Positions 40,259 to 51,069 are shown, counted from the first letter of the stretch. The stretch: DNA of 64,000 nucleotides from Endomicrobiia bacterium (GCA_039630545.1 JBCNUU010000001.1:60052-124051); one strand, 5' to 3'. The notes: generated by a model from the letters alone, not told the origin. Program-made: numbers and translations.

Positions 40259-41021
40259 GGAATCAAAAGTTAGATATTTTTTTGACCTTATTTCAGAGCT
40301 CACAAAAAAAGAGATAAAAGTAAGATATAAAAATAGCTTTTTAGGTTATTTATGGTCTGTGTTAAGTCCGTTATTTACAGCTTTAGTTTTTTTTGTGGCT
40401 TTTAAAGTTGTGATTAAACTAAAAATTGAAAACTATGTGTTATTTTTAATTTCAGGACTTTTTTGCTGGCAGTGGTATACTAACTCTATTTTTGCTTCCT
40501 CAACGCTTTTTTTGAATAATTCTTCATTGATAAAAAAGGTAAACTTTCCAAGAGAAACACTTGTGTATTCAATGGTTTTAAGCGATATGTTTCATTTTTT
40601 GCTGTCAATACCTGTAATTCTTTTGTTTGTTTTTATATATCGTCAAAAATTTCCATATTTTATTTTTTTATTACCTTTTGTGGTTTTTTTTCAGTTTGTT
40701 TTTATTTCAGGAATAAGTTTAATAATAAGTTCAATAAATTTATTTTTTAGAGATTTAGAAAGATTAGTAATAGTTTTCACTAATTTACTTTTTTATATTA
40801 CTCCCATAATTTATTCTGAAAATATGGTTCCAGAAAAATATAAAATTTTTTTATATATCAACCCTATGGCGTATTTTGTGATTTTATACAGAAACATATT
40901 TTTATTTAATAAAATAAACTTAGATTTACTATTAGTAGCAGCTGCTTACAGTCTGGTTGCATATTTTGTAGGATATAAAATTTATAGCTTTCTTAGATGG
41001 AAGTTCGCAGAGGTAGTATGA
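40248..41021 (+). CDS. wzm: ABC-2 polysaccharide export permease
   Basis: 6 TM, ABC-2 signature region, 257 aa, ATGA overlap with downstream ATPase. Confidence 0.7.
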   Translation: MNLKESKVRYFFDLISELTKKEIKVRYKNSFLGYLWSVLSPLFTALVFFVAFKVVIKLKIENYVLFLISGLFCWQWYTNSIFASSTLFLNNSSLIKKVNFPRETLVYSMVLSDMFHFLLSIPVILLFVFIYRQKFPYFIFLLPFVVFFQFVFISGISLIISSINLFFRDLERLVIVFTNLLFYITPIIYSENMVPEKYKIFLYINPMAYFVILYRNIFLFNKINLDLLLVAAAYSLVAYFVGYKIYSFLRWKFAEVV

Positions 41022-41758
41022 AAGAAACTGTTGTTATTTTTAAAGATGTTACAAAGTATTATCCACTTTATCATAGCTTTATAGGGATTAAAAATTTTTT
41101 GTTTAATTTACCTTTAGCTATCAAGGAGTTAAAAAGAAATAAATTATGTGCTTTAAGAAATATTAGTTTTGAAATTTATAAAGGAGAAACGGTTGGGATT
41201 ATTGGCCATAATGGAGCAGGGAAAAGTACAATTTTAGGACTTATTGCTGGAGTTTTAAAACCAACAAATGGTGAAATTATAGTAAAAAGTAAAGTTGTAG
41301 GACTTTTAGAACTTTCCGCTGGTTTTCATCCAGATTTGACAGGTTATGAGAATATAATTTTAAATGGTATACTTTTAGGAATGACAAAAAAAGAGATTTT
41401 GTCTAAAGTTGATGAAATTGTGGGTTTTTCTGAGTTAGATGAGTTTGTTTTTCAACCTATCAGGACCTACTCAACTGGCATGCTTGCAAGATTAGGTTTT
41501 TCTGTCGCAATAAATGCTCCTGCGGATATTCTGCTGATAGATGAGGTTTTAGCTGTAGGAGATATTAACTTTCAAAAAAAATGTTATAAAAAAATTGAAG
41601 AGATTAAAAGTCAAAATAAAACTATAATTTTTGTTAGCCATGATCTTGAAAATGTTTTAAGATTATGTAATAGAGTAATTCTTTTGCATCATGGAGAAGT
41701 TATAAAAGATGGAGATACTTACGAAGTTATTGATTATTATAAAAAAGTTTTTTCTTAA
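41018..41758 (+). CDS. wzt: polysaccharide export ABC ATPase (short Wzt, no C-terminal glycan-binding domain)
   Basis: Walker A GHNGAGKST, signature YSTGMLARL, Walker B LLIDEV; ATG 41018 (ATGA overlap, AGAGG RBS) preferred over 40997. Confidence 0.75.
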   Translation: MKETVVIFKDVTKYYPLYHSFIGIKNFLFNLPLAIKELKRNKLCALRNISFEIYKGETVGIIGHNGAGKSTILGLIAGVLKPTNGEIIVKSKVVGLLELSAGFHPDLTGYENIILNGILLGMTKKEILSKVDEIVGFSELDEFVFQPIRTYSTGMLARLGFSVAINAPADILLIDEVLAVGDINFQKKCYKKIEEIKSQNKTIIFVSHDLENVLRLCNRVILLHHGEVIKDGDTYEVIDYYKKVFS

Positions 41759-41789
41759 ATTATTTTAAAAAACAAAACATATAAGGATC

Positions 41790-42516
41790 AATGTTTAAAA
41801 TTGCAGGAAAGTTTCTTACTTAAAAGTTTAAAACAGACTGCTGAAGAGATATCTGACTTTGAATATGAGAAATGGAAAAAGAAATATTAGGATGAACTTT
41901 TTTATTTTTTATTTGAACAGATATTTAGAGGTAAAACTCAAGAAATTAAAAATTGGCAAAGAATCTACACAGAATATGTAAAGCAAGCATATGCTGAAAA
42001 TAAATTTCTACCCTGGCTGGATGTAGGTTGTGGAAGAGGTGAGTTTCTTGAGGTTTTAAATGAAGAACAAATTAGTTATATAGGTGTTGATAACAATGTT
42101 GTGAATGTGGAGATTTGTTTAAAAAAGAATTAAAGGTTGTTAAGGATGATGCTATAAGATATTTAGAAAAAATTGGAAATAATTCCTTATGTGGAATTTC
42201 TGTTTTCCAGTTAAATAGAACATCTAAGCAGAAATGAACTACAAAGACTTTTAAAATTATGTTATGATAAAATTTCCTATAAAGGTAAAATTATTATTGA
42301 AACTGTAAACATAAGAAATGAAATAGTTTTAAAGAATTACTTCCTGGATCCGACACATGGGCTTCTTTTGATGCCGGAGTTTTTAGTTATGTATTTAGAG
42401 TTTATTGGTTTTAAAGATATTTTTGTATTATATATGATACATTCCTACAACTGCTTGCAAGATAAAAATGATATTTCAATTTATCCTGATGATTATGCAG
42501 TTGTTGGAACAAAATA
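41790..42516 (+). pseudogene. class I SAM-dependent methyltransferase, degraded (multiple frameshifts/stops)
   Basis: Recognisable MTase motif I LDVGCGRGEFLEVL and C-terminal block (LDPTHGLLLMPEFLVMYLEFIGFKD) spread over three frames with in-frame stops; one shift at an A6 tract; no intact ORF in ORF track for 41760-42537. Confidence 0.65.
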
Positions 42517-42537
42517 AAAATAAGAAAAATATAAAAA

Positions 42538-43725
42538 GTGAACAATCTACCACATGTTTCATATAACTCACTTAAAGGAAATATTAAATCTTCATTTATA
42601 GTTTTGTTCTTGTATAGTTTTTTTATTTTTTTAAGATTAAATAATTTTGAATATAAACCATCTTATTTTATTAATGCTGGTGAAATTTTCTGTGATACTA
42701 AAAGAATACCAAAAAATCTTGTTGTCGTTAAAAAAAGTGGTTATGATGGACAGTTTTACTATAGGTTTAGTTTAAATCCATTTACTTCAAAACTTACAGA
42801 ATTTGGTATAACACTAGATGCTCCTCCTTATAGACATCAGCGTATAGTTTATCCATTTTTAGTGTGGCTGTTGTCTTTTGGTGGTAATTTTGAGTTAGTT
42901 CCTGCAGTAATGATAATAGTAAATCTTTTTTTTATTTTTGGTTTTTCGTTTATGGTAGCAGAATATTTAAAATTTCTTGGTTACAGCTGGATAGAGGTTG
43001 TTTTATTTTCTTTACAACCAGGATTTATTTTGTCTCTATCAAGAAACCTAACAGAAATAGTTGGAAGTTTTTTTCTCGTTTCATTTTTTGTCTTTTTTAA
43101 AAAAAATAAATTTTTTTTGGCAAAAGTTTTTTTAATACTGGGTTTATTAAGTAAAGAGACATTGTTAGTTGTTCCTGTAGTTGGTATTTTAATAAGTATT
43201 TACTTTTATTTTAGAAAAAAAATAAATAAGAATTATTTTTTGGCTGTAGTTAGAGTGTTTATTATAAGCAGTATTGTTTGGTTTTTATGGCAGATAATTT
43301 TATTTTTTAACTGGGGTAAATTTTCTTTTTATTATGGCAGAGATAATTTCGGTATGCCATTTAGTGGAATATATACATATCTGACTAATTTGTCTATATT
43401 TAAAGATACATATTTTTTGGGTTTTGCTTTGATATTAGTATTTGTATTTTTTGTTTCTTTAGGAGTAATTTTTTCTTTCAGATTTGTTAAAAAAAACTTT
43501 GTGGATAGTTTAATAAAGTTTGTTTGGGTCGGTTATCTGTTAGAATTAATATTTGCATCCCATAAACTGTGGGACAATGTTAATCCTTTAAGGGTATTTT
43601 TGGAATTTTTTATATTAAGTTTTATGATTTTATATATTACAAGAAATAAATTTAGAATTTCGTTTAATATAATTTATATTTTTATGTGGTTAGGAATTTT
43701 TTATATAAGAATTAAAATGTTATAA
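42538..43725 (+). CDS. polytopic membrane protein of polysaccharide cluster (function unknown)
   Basis: 395 aa, ~10 TM, periplasmic loop YDGQFYYRFSLNPF; no confident family. Confidence 0.4.
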   Translation: MNNLPHVSYNSLKGNIKSSFIVLFLYSFFIFLRLNNFEYKPSYFINAGEIFCDTKRIPKNLVVVKKSGYDGQFYYRFSLNPFTSKLTEFGITLDAPPYRHQRIVYPFLVWLLSFGGNFELVPAVMIIVNLFFIFGFSFMVAEYLKFLGYSWIEVVLFSLQPGFILSLSRNLTEIVGSFFLVSFFVFFKKNKFFLAKVFLILGLLSKETLLVVPVVGILISIYFYFRKKINKNYFLAVVRVFIISSIVWFLWQIILFFNWGKFSFYYGRDNFGMPFSGIYTYLTNLSIFKDTYFLGFALILVFVFFVSLGVIFSFRFVKKNFVDSLIKFVWVGYLLELIFASHKLWDNVNPLRVFLEFFILSFMILYITRNKFRISFNIIYIFMWLGIFYIRIKML

Positions 43726-43730
43726 TTGTC

Positions 43731-44948
43731 ATGAAAAAAATAGTAGTCAACTCAGTTCCTCTTCTATCTCCCTTAACCGGTGTAGGAAGATACTTATTTA
43801 GCATTCTTGAAAATATAGAACAACTTGACAAAGTAAATAAATATTACTTCTACTACGGAATAGGAAATACTGATAAATTTTTTAAAAGGAAACCTAATTT
43901 TTGGGAAATTAGTCCATGGAGTAAGTTTTCAATTATTGTTAAATATTCTATTCCTGGGGTAAAATCTATCTTTAATTTTTTTATGATAAATAAGTTTCTT
44001 CACACTTCGTTTGGATATAAAACCGAACGTTTTGTGAAGCGTTTCATAAAATTTTACTTAAGACTACTGTTTCACTATGATAAAAACCATTACGACATAT
44101 ATTTTGAACCAAACTTTATCCCATTAGATGAGATTAAAGCAAAAAAGATTGTCACTACAGTGCATGATTTTTCTTTTCATTTATATCCCCAATGGCATCC
44201 TGAAGATCGTGTTTTGTTCTTTAGAAAAAATTTTTGGAGAAATATTTATAAATCAGATATAATAGTTACAGTTTCCAATTATGTAAAAGAAGAAGCTAAA
44301 AGATTGCTTAAAGGATATAAAGGAGAAATAGTTACAATCTACAATGGATATGATAAAAACAAGTTTTGTTTAATAGAAAAAAGTGTTTTACAAGAATATA
44401 GAAATAAAAAAAATCTTCCTGAAAATTTTCTTTTATTTGTTGGAAGTGTAGAACCAAGAAAAAATCTTTTAGGACTTCTTAAAGCATATAGTTTGTTGCC
44501 AGAATACATAAGAAAGGACATAAAACTTTTAATTGTTGGTTTTCGTGGATGGAAAAATAAAGAAGTGATGCAGATTATTTCTAAACTTAAAAATGATATT
44601 TTTTATATAGGATATGTTGATGATTTTGAGCTTCCTTTGCTTTATAACTTAGCTTTGGCAAGTATTTATCCATCTTTCTATGAGGGATTCGGTTTGCCTA
44701 ATATAGAAGCGATGGCATGTGGCTGTCCTGTTGTCACTTCTGATATACCTTCAATTAAAGAGATATGCCATGATGCTGTATATTATGTAAATCCACATGA
44801 TATTGAAAGCATAAAAGATGGTATAATAAAGATAGTTGAAGATGAAAAAATAAGAGAGACTTTAAAGGCAAAAGGGCTTAAACATGTAGAGAAATACTCT
44901 TGGAAAGAATCAGCCAAAAAACATATCGAATTATTTAACAAGCTATAG
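43731..44948 (+). CDS. family 4 (GT-B) glycosyltransferase
   Basis: C-terminal GT1/GT4 core (FVGSVEPRKN, EGFGLPNIEAMACGCPVVTS), 405 aa. Confidence 0.75.
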   Translation: MKKIVVNSVPLLSPLTGVGRYLFSILENIEQLDKVNKYYFYYGIGNTDKFFKRKPNFWEISPWSKFSIIVKYSIPGVKSIFNFFMINKFLHTSFGYKTERFVKRFIKFYLRLLFHYDKNHYDIYFEPNFIPLDEIKAKKIVTTVHDFSFHLYPQWHPEDRVLFFRKNFWRNIYKSDIIVTVSNYVKEEAKRLLKGYKGEIVTIYNGYDKNKFCLIEKSVLQEYRNKKNLPENFLLFVGSVEPRKNLLGLLKAYSLLPEYIRKDIKLLIVGFRGWKNKEVMQIISKLKNDIFYIGYVDDFELPLLYNLALASIYPSFYEGFGLPNIEAMACGCPVVTSDIPSIKEICHDAVYYVNPHDIESIKDGIIKIVEDEKIRETLKAKGLKHVEKYSWKESAKKHIELFNKL

Positions 44949-44950
44949 TA

Positions 44951-46912
44951 ATGAAAGAAAATATAAATGATAAAATAACCTTCAACAAAGAAGCCTTGGA
45001 GTATAAAATTCTTAAAACAACCAAAACACTAAAGAATTTTAAAATTGGTTTTGTTTTGTTTATAATAGGTGTTATTGTATTTTTTTTAGAAGTATGTCCA
45101 CCACCGGGTAGATTAAGTTTTAACTGGTGGCTTTTGTTTTTTTGTGTTGTTAGTTTTTTTTGGGGGTTTTTATGTAAAGATTATAGCATAGCTGGGCTTA
45201 TATTGCCAACAGCTAATGGACTTTCAACATTTTTGTCTTCTTACTATTATCCTGTAGTATCACTTTTGATTTTATTTTTAGTTTTGGGTTTTGTTTTATC
45301 TAATAAATTTAGTGGGAATATTTTTTATAATTATAATAAAAATAAAGCTATAATACTTTTAGTGTTTTTATTCTTTATAATAAATATAATTTCAGCATTC
45401 TGGAGTTTCTTTTATCTTATATACCCTGGGATAGTTTATCCTGTTAATTATAAAGGTGAAGATAGTTTTAATATGGTAGTGCATGTGGTAGGATATTTTT
45501 TTGTTCCTTTTGTGGTTAGTATCTTGTTGTTTATTTTGAACTTGCTTTTTAAAAGTGAGATCGAAATTGAAAAGTTTTTTAAATTTTTAATAATAGGTTT
45601 TATAATTGCTTGCATTGGTGGAATTTTTCAGCATTTTGGAGTTATAACAACTAATTTTGGTTACGGAGTTCCATGGGAAAAAAGGATAAATAGTTCCTTT
45701 TCTAATGTTAATTCTTTTGCTTTAAGTTCTTCGTTAGTTGTTTTTATTTTTGCTTATTATTTACTTGTTTTTAGAAAACTTGAATATAAAATAGTAACTT
45801 TTATTGCTATAGGACTTATTGTCAGTACAAATTTGTTACTTACAGGTTCTAGAAGTGCTTTAGTTCTTATGATTTTAGTTGCTGTTTTCAGTGTTTTATA
45901 TGTAATAAGTAACCGAAAAGTTTTTTTTTCTGTTAAATTAGTTTTTTTTATTTTAATACTTATTTTTATTTTTTGCTTTTTGATATTAAAAATAAATACT
46001 TTCGGGTTAACTAGAATTTTGAAAACCAATTTAAAAGAAGAAATACAAGGTAGAAGTATTTTTTGGAAAGTTGGATGGAGACTTTTTAAAAACAATATAT
46101 TAGTTGGGAATGGAATAAAAAGTGTTTATATAAATTTTTACAATATTATTCAATCAGGATATTTATCAGATAATGCTTGTAATACTTATGTACATTTTCT
46201 TGCGGAGATAGGAGTGTTAGGTTTGTGTTTGTTTGGTTTAATTGTTGTTTTTATTTTAAAGTCCTTTTTTTATTCAGTAAAAAATAAAAACCATTTTGAA
46301 GTAATAATAAGCATAATTCTGGTTTGTTTTTTAATTGTAAGTTTTTTTGGTCACCACTTAGATGCAGAAGAAGTTTCTATTTTGTTTTGGATGCTGCTTT
46401 CTTTTGTCTCTCATGATAAAATTTTTGAAAAAAATTTTTATATAACAAAGTGGATAGTTTTTGGATTAGTAAGTTTATTTTTTTTAATATCTTCTTATGT
46501 AAACATTAAAAAATTGAAAAACTTTAATGTTTTAATGTATAAACCTTATGCAGGTATATATGGCAAAGAAAAATTTCAAGACAAAAAAAATGTATTTTTT
46601 ACAGATAAATACGCTATATTTAGCACTAAATATTTTAAAAGTAATAAAGTTATTCTAGAATTTTACAACAAGCACATAAAAGATCAAGAAGTAACTGTGT
46701 TTTTAGATATGCAAAAATATTCTACTTTAAAACTAGAACCAGACAGATGGTGTCGGTTAGAGGTAGCTTTAGATAAACCTGAGATTTCAACTATAAAGAT
46801 TATAGTAAAAAAAACTTATTACGAAGCAGGAATGTTAAGATACATCTTTCCATTTATCGGTAAAGATTACAGGCGCTTAGGAGTACTTGTTAGTTTTTAT
46901 GAACTTAACTAA
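44951..46912 (+). CDS. O-antigen ligase/polymerase family (Wzy_C) membrane protein with extra C-terminal domain
   Basis: ~12 TM, Wzy_C loop (LLTGSRSALVLMILVAV), 653 aa with ~150-aa soluble C-terminus. Confidence 0.55.
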   Translation: MKENINDKITFNKEALEYKILKTTKTLKNFKIGFVLFIIGVIVFFLEVCPPPGRLSFNWWLLFFCVVSFFWGFLCKDYSIAGLILPTANGLSTFLSSYYYPVVSLLILFLVLGFVLSNKFSGNIFYNYNKNKAIILLVFLFFIINIISAFWSFFYLIYPGIVYPVNYKGEDSFNMVVHVVGYFFVPFVVSILLFILNLLFKSEIEIEKFFKFLIIGFIIACIGGIFQHFGVITTNFGYGVPWEKRINSSFSNVNSFALSSSLVVFIFAYYLLVFRKLEYKIVTFIAIGLIVSTNLLLTGSRSALVLMILVAVFSVLYVISNRKVFFSVKLVFFILILIFIFCFLILKINTFGLTRILKTNLKEEIQGRSIFWKVGWRLFKNNILVGNGIKSVYINFYNIIQSGYLSDNACNTYVHFLAEIGVLGLCLFGLIVVFILKSFFYSVKNKNHFEVIISIILVCFLIVSFFGHHLDAEEVSILFWMLLSFVSHDKIFEKNFYITKWIVFGLVSLFFLISSYVNIKKLKNFNVLMYKPYAGIYGKEKFQDKKNVFFTDKYAIFSTKYFKSNKVILEFYNKHIKDQEVTVFLDMQKYSTLKLEPDRWCRLEVALDKPEISTIKIIVKKTYYEAGMLRYIFPFIGKDYRRLGVLVSFYELN

Positions 46913-48029
46913 CATAAAAGTAGCTTTAGTTCATGATTGGCTTACTGGGATGCGAGGAGGAGAAAAGGTGCTTGAGGCGTTGTGTGAAATTTTTCCGTCA
47001 GCGGATATTTATACTTTAGTTTATATTCCAGGTAGTACTTCAAAAATTATAGAAGACAGAAAAATTCATACATCATTTATTCAGAAATTTCCTAATATTG
47101 AAAAAAATTATAGATATTATCTGCCAGTTATGCCGTTAGCAATATCTCAATTTGATCTTTCTGGTTATGATTTAGTTATAAGTTCAAGCCATTGTGTAGC
47201 TAAAGGAGTAAAAATTGGAGATAAAACACTTCATATATGTTATTGTCATACTCCTATGAGATATATCTGGGATATGTATGATTTATATTTTGGTAAAAAC
47301 TCCAATTCCTCTTTTTTTGCAAAATTAGCTATGAGAGTAATTAGAAAACATCTTCAACACTGGGATGTTAAAACCTCACAAAATGTAGACTTTTTTGTTG
47401 CTAACTCCAACAATGTAAAAGAAAGAATAAAAAGAATTTATAATCGTGATTCTTTTGTTATTTATCCACCGGTGAATACAGATTTTTTTGTCCCTGCCAG
47501 TTTTAAAAATAATCCAGACTTAAAGAAAGATAGTTATTATCTTGTTGTATCTGCATTTGCTCCTTATAAAAAAATTGATATCGTAATAGAAGCATTTAAA
47601 ATGTTAAAAAGAAATTTAAAAATAATTGGTTCTGGTCAGCAGGAATTCTATTTGAAGAAATTAGCTAAAAAACATAACAATATAGAATTTTTAGGATGGG
47701 TTGATGATGAAAAGTTAAAATATTACTATCAAAATGCAAAAGCTTTGATATTTCCTGCAGAAGAAGATTTTGGGATAGTACCTGTTGAAGCCCAAGCGTG
47801 TGGTATTCCTGTTGTGGCTTATCGCAAAGGTGGGGTTTTGGAGACGGTTATTGAAAATCACACGGGTATTTTTTTTGATACCCAAACACCTCAAGCTGTA
47901 AAAGAAGCAGTTTTAAAGTTTGAGAAAATGGTATTTGAACCTCAGAAAATAAGGCAACAAGCATTGAAATTTAGCAAAGAAAGATTTATAAAAGAAATAA
48001 AAGAATTTATAAAAGAAAAGTTGATTTAA
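46899..48029 (+). CDS. family 4 (GT-B) glycosyltransferase
   Basis: N-terminal KVALVHDWLTGMRGGEKV, C-terminal EDFGIVPVEAQACGIPVVA; ATG 46899 inside track ORF. Confidence 0.75.
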   Translation: MNLTNIKVALVHDWLTGMRGGEKVLEALCEIFPSADIYTLVYIPGSTSKIIEDRKIHTSFIQKFPNIEKNYRYYLPVMPLAISQFDLSGYDLVISSSHCVAKGVKIGDKTLHICYCHTPMRYIWDMYDLYFGKNSNSSFFAKLAMRVIRKHLQHWDVKTSQNVDFFVANSNNVKERIKRIYNRDSFVIYPPVNTDFFVPASFKNNPDLKKDSYYLVVSAFAPYKKIDIVIEAFKMLKRNLKIIGSGQQEFYLKKLAKKHNNIEFLGWVDDEKLKYYYQNAKALIFPAEEDFGIVPVEAQACGIPVVAYRKGGVLETVIENHTGIFFDTQTPQAVKEAVLKFEKMVFEPQKIRQQALKFSKERFIKEIKEFIKEKLI

Positions 48030-48030
48030 T

Positions 48031-49410
48031 ATGAACTCTATAATTTTAGCTGGAGGAGCAGGTACTCGTCTGTGGCCATTATCAAGAAAATTTTCACCTA
48101 AATTTTTGTTAAAAATTGGTTCTTCCAGGTATTCTTTGTTTCAACAAACATTTCTTAGGGTAAAAAAATTTACTGCTTTAGAGAAAATTTTTGTTGTGGT
48201 AAATAGAGAATATAAGTTCTTAATAAAAGAGAATCTTCAAGATTTAAATATAGATTTCCCACTGGAAAATATAATTGCCGAACCCGAGGTAAGAAATACT
48301 CTTGTTGCTGTTGGTTTAGGTTGTTGGTTTATAAAAAATAAATTTTGTGATGAAGAAATAGTAGGAGTTTTCCCTTCAGACCATATTATTAAACCATCAG
48401 GTGAACTTGTCTCATATGTTAAAAAAGCAGAAAAACTGGCAGAAGATGAAAACATAGTGTTATTCGGAATAAAACCCAATAGAGTTGAGCCAGATTATGG
48501 TCATATAAAGGTAAAAAATAAAAGTAAAAATAATGTTTGCTATAATGTTGAAGAATTTATAGAAAAGCCTGAGTATAACTTGGCTAAAAAACTGATGAAA
48601 AATCAAAATATATACTGGAATAGTGGAATTTTTGTTTTTAAAATAAAAACCTTTTTTGAAGAATTAAAAAAATTTCAAAATGATTTATATAAAAATTTTG
48701 AAAAATTTAACTATGATGAAGTTGATAAATTGTATGAAAAGCTAAAACCTATATCAATTGATAAAGGATTGATTGAAAAAACAAATAAGTTAAAACTCAT
48801 CCCTATTCAAAAAGTTTTCTGGGATGATGTTGGCAGCTGGATATCTTTTGAAAGAATTTACAAAAAGGATAAAAATAATAATGTTATTCTTTCAAAAAAT
48901 TTTGATTTAGAGAGTACAAATTCAATAATAGTAGGAGACCAGAGTCGAATAATAGTTACAGCTGGATTAAAAGACACAATTGTAGTTGATACAGAAGATG
49001 CTTTATTAGTTTTAAATAAAAGTTATATCTCCAAAATCAAACAGATAATTGAAAAAATAAAAGATGAAACAACAAAATACCACAAAACCACAAAAAGACC
49101 GTGGGGATTTTATACAGTTTTAACAAAAAAAGACAACTACAAGGTAAAACTCATAAATGTACAACCTAACAAAAAAATAAGCTTACAAAAACACTTAAAG
49201 CGCAGTGAGATGTGGTTTGTAGTATCAGGTGTGGCTAAAATTACCTGTAATGGAAAAACAAAGTATGTCAAAAATGGAGAAACTTTTAAAGTAAATAAGG
49301 GTGTTCCTCACAGAATAGAAAATCCTTCCTCTACAGATATTCTTGAGATAATAGAAGTAAGCAGAGGTAAGTATCTGGATGAAGATGATATAGTAAGGTT
49401 AGAAAAATAG
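48031..49410 (+). CDS. manC: mannose-1-phosphate guanylyltransferase / mannose-6-phosphate isomerase (bifunctional type)
   Basis: N-terminal NTP-transferase (ILAGGAGTRLWPLS), C-terminal cupin (HRIENPSSTDILEIIEV), 459 aa. Confidence 0.8.
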   Translation: MNSIILAGGAGTRLWPLSRKFSPKFLLKIGSSRYSLFQQTFLRVKKFTALEKIFVVVNREYKFLIKENLQDLNIDFPLENIIAEPEVRNTLVAVGLGCWFIKNKFCDEEIVGVFPSDHIIKPSGELVSYVKKAEKLAEDENIVLFGIKPNRVEPDYGHIKVKNKSKNNVCYNVEEFIEKPEYNLAKKLMKNQNIYWNSGIFVFKIKTFFEELKKFQNDLYKNFEKFNYDEVDKLYEKLKPISIDKGLIEKTNKLKLIPIQKVFWDDVGSWISFERIYKKDKNNNVILSKNFDLESTNSIIVGDQSRIIVTAGLKDTIVVDTEDALLVLNKSYISKIKQIIEKIKDETTKYHKTTKRPWGFYTVLTKKDNYKVKLINVQPNKKISLQKHLKRSEMWFVVSGVAKITCNGKTKYVKNGETFKVNKGVPHRIENPSSTDILEIIEVSRGKYLDEDDIVRLEK

Positions 49411-49448
49411 CTAATAAAATTTTTAAAATTTTACTGGATGGGTTTAAT

Positions 49449-51065
49449 ATGACTATATATATACTGGTTGTAATTTGTATTTTTGTTCTAGCTTACTTTA
49501 TATATGCTAATTTTTTAGAAAGAAACTTAGAAATAAAAGAAACCGAAGAAGTTCCTTCACAAGTTAAAAAAGATGGAGTTGATTTTGTTCCTACAAATAG
49601 ACTTGTACTTCTTGGCCATCACTTTTCTTCTATTGCTGGAGCAGGCCCCATAGTTGGACCAATTTTTGCTGGTTTTAGTTTTGGTTGGGTACCAACTTTG
49701 TTGTGGATTGTTATTGGCGCAATTTTTATAGGAGGGGTACATGATTTTTGTTCTCTTGTAATTTCTGTTCGACACCAAGGAAAATCAATTGCAGAAATAG
49801 CAAACAAATACATAGACAAAACTACATATAAGGTACTGCTTGTTTTTATATGGTTTTCTTTGATGTATGTGGTAGCAGTATTTGCAGACATAGCAGCTGA
49901 TACTTTTTCATCTAATGCCTCGGTAGCGCAGGTGAGTATGTGGTATGTTGGTGTGGCTGTTTTATTTGGAGTTTTAGTTTATAGAGTTAAATTTGATTTA
50001 GTAACTTCAACTGTTATTGCTTTAATTTTGATACTTCTGGGTATAGTTTTTAACTTAAATTTTAAAATAATTTTTTTGTCAAAAAATATATGGATTTGGA
50101 TTTTGCTTCTTTATTGTATATTTGCTTCTGTGTTGCCTGTTTGGTTTTTACTTCAACCACGGGATTACCTTTCAAGTTATTTTTTGTATTTTAGTGTGTT
50201 AATAGGAATTTTAGGACTTATCTTTGGAAAAAACAAAATTTTATATCCCGGGTTTGTAAGTTTTTATTCTGGTTCAGTTGGACCTCTTTTTCCTTTTATT
50301 TTTATAACAGTAGCTTGTGGTGCAATATCTGGGTTTCATTCACTGGTTGCTTCTGGAACAACTTCTAAACAGCTTGACAATATTAAAAATGCTAAATTTG
50401 TAAGTTATGGTGGAATGATCCTTGAAGGAATAGTAGCAGCTGTATCTTTAAGTACTTTAATGATGTTGCCCTTTAATACAGATTTAAAAAATCCTCAACA
50501 GATTTATGCTTCAGGCCTTTCTAAGTTTATAAACGTTTTTGGGATAGAGCCAGAAATTGGCAAAACCATCGGGTTTCTTACAATATCAGCTTTTATTCTT
50601 ACTACACTTGACACCGCTACAAGAATCTCAAGATATATTTTTCAGGAACTCATAGAAAAACATACAAGTTCTTTAATAGATAGAATAGTTGCTACTCTGG
50701 TGTCGCTTTTGTTGCCTTTTATTCTTTTAAGTGTAAAAATAAAAGATGCTTCTGGAAATATAGTACCTTGCTGGAGAATAATCTGGCCGTTGTTTGGTGC
50801 TACTAACCAGCTTCTTGCTGCTTTAGTTTTACTTGTAGTTTTTGTCTGGTTTAAAAAACAAAACTATAAAGGTGGTTACAGTATATCTTTGCCGATGATA
50901 TTTATGGTTATTACTACTTTGAGTGCTTTAGTTTATACCATATATGTAAAAATTTTCCATAGAATTATTGACATATCTATAATTATGGCATCAATTTTAA
51001 CAATTCTGGCAATATTTGTGATAATAAAATCAATTGAAAAATTAAGTATTTATAAAAAAGTGTAA
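49449..51065 (+). CDS. cstA: carbon starvation protein CstA family transporter
   Basis: 538 aa, polytopic, N-terminal CstA block (LLGHHFSSIAGAGPIVGPIFA...WIVIGAIFIGGVHDF). Confidence 0.65.
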   Translation: MTIYILVVICIFVLAYFIYANFLERNLEIKETEEVPSQVKKDGVDFVPTNRLVLLGHHFSSIAGAGPIVGPIFAGFSFGWVPTLLWIVIGAIFIGGVHDFCSLVISVRHQGKSIAEIANKYIDKTTYKVLLVFIWFSLMYVVAVFADIAADTFSSNASVAQVSMWYVGVAVLFGVLVYRVKFDLVTSTVIALILILLGIVFNLNFKIIFLSKNIWIWILLLYCIFASVLPVWFLLQPRDYLSSYFLYFSVLIGILGLIFGKNKILYPGFVSFYSGSVGPLFPFIFITVACGAISGFHSLVASGTTSKQLDNIKNAKFVSYGGMILEGIVAAVSLSTLMMLPFNTDLKNPQQIYASGLSKFINVFGIEPEIGKTIGFLTISAFILTTLDTATRISRYIFQELIEKHTSSLIDRIVATLVSLLLPFILLSVKIKDASGNIVPCWRIIWPLFGATNQLLAALVLLVVFVWFKKQNYKGGYSISLPMIFMVITTLSALVYTIYVKIFHRIIDISIIMASILTILAIFVIIKSIEKLSIYKKV

Positions 51066-51069
51066 AAAA

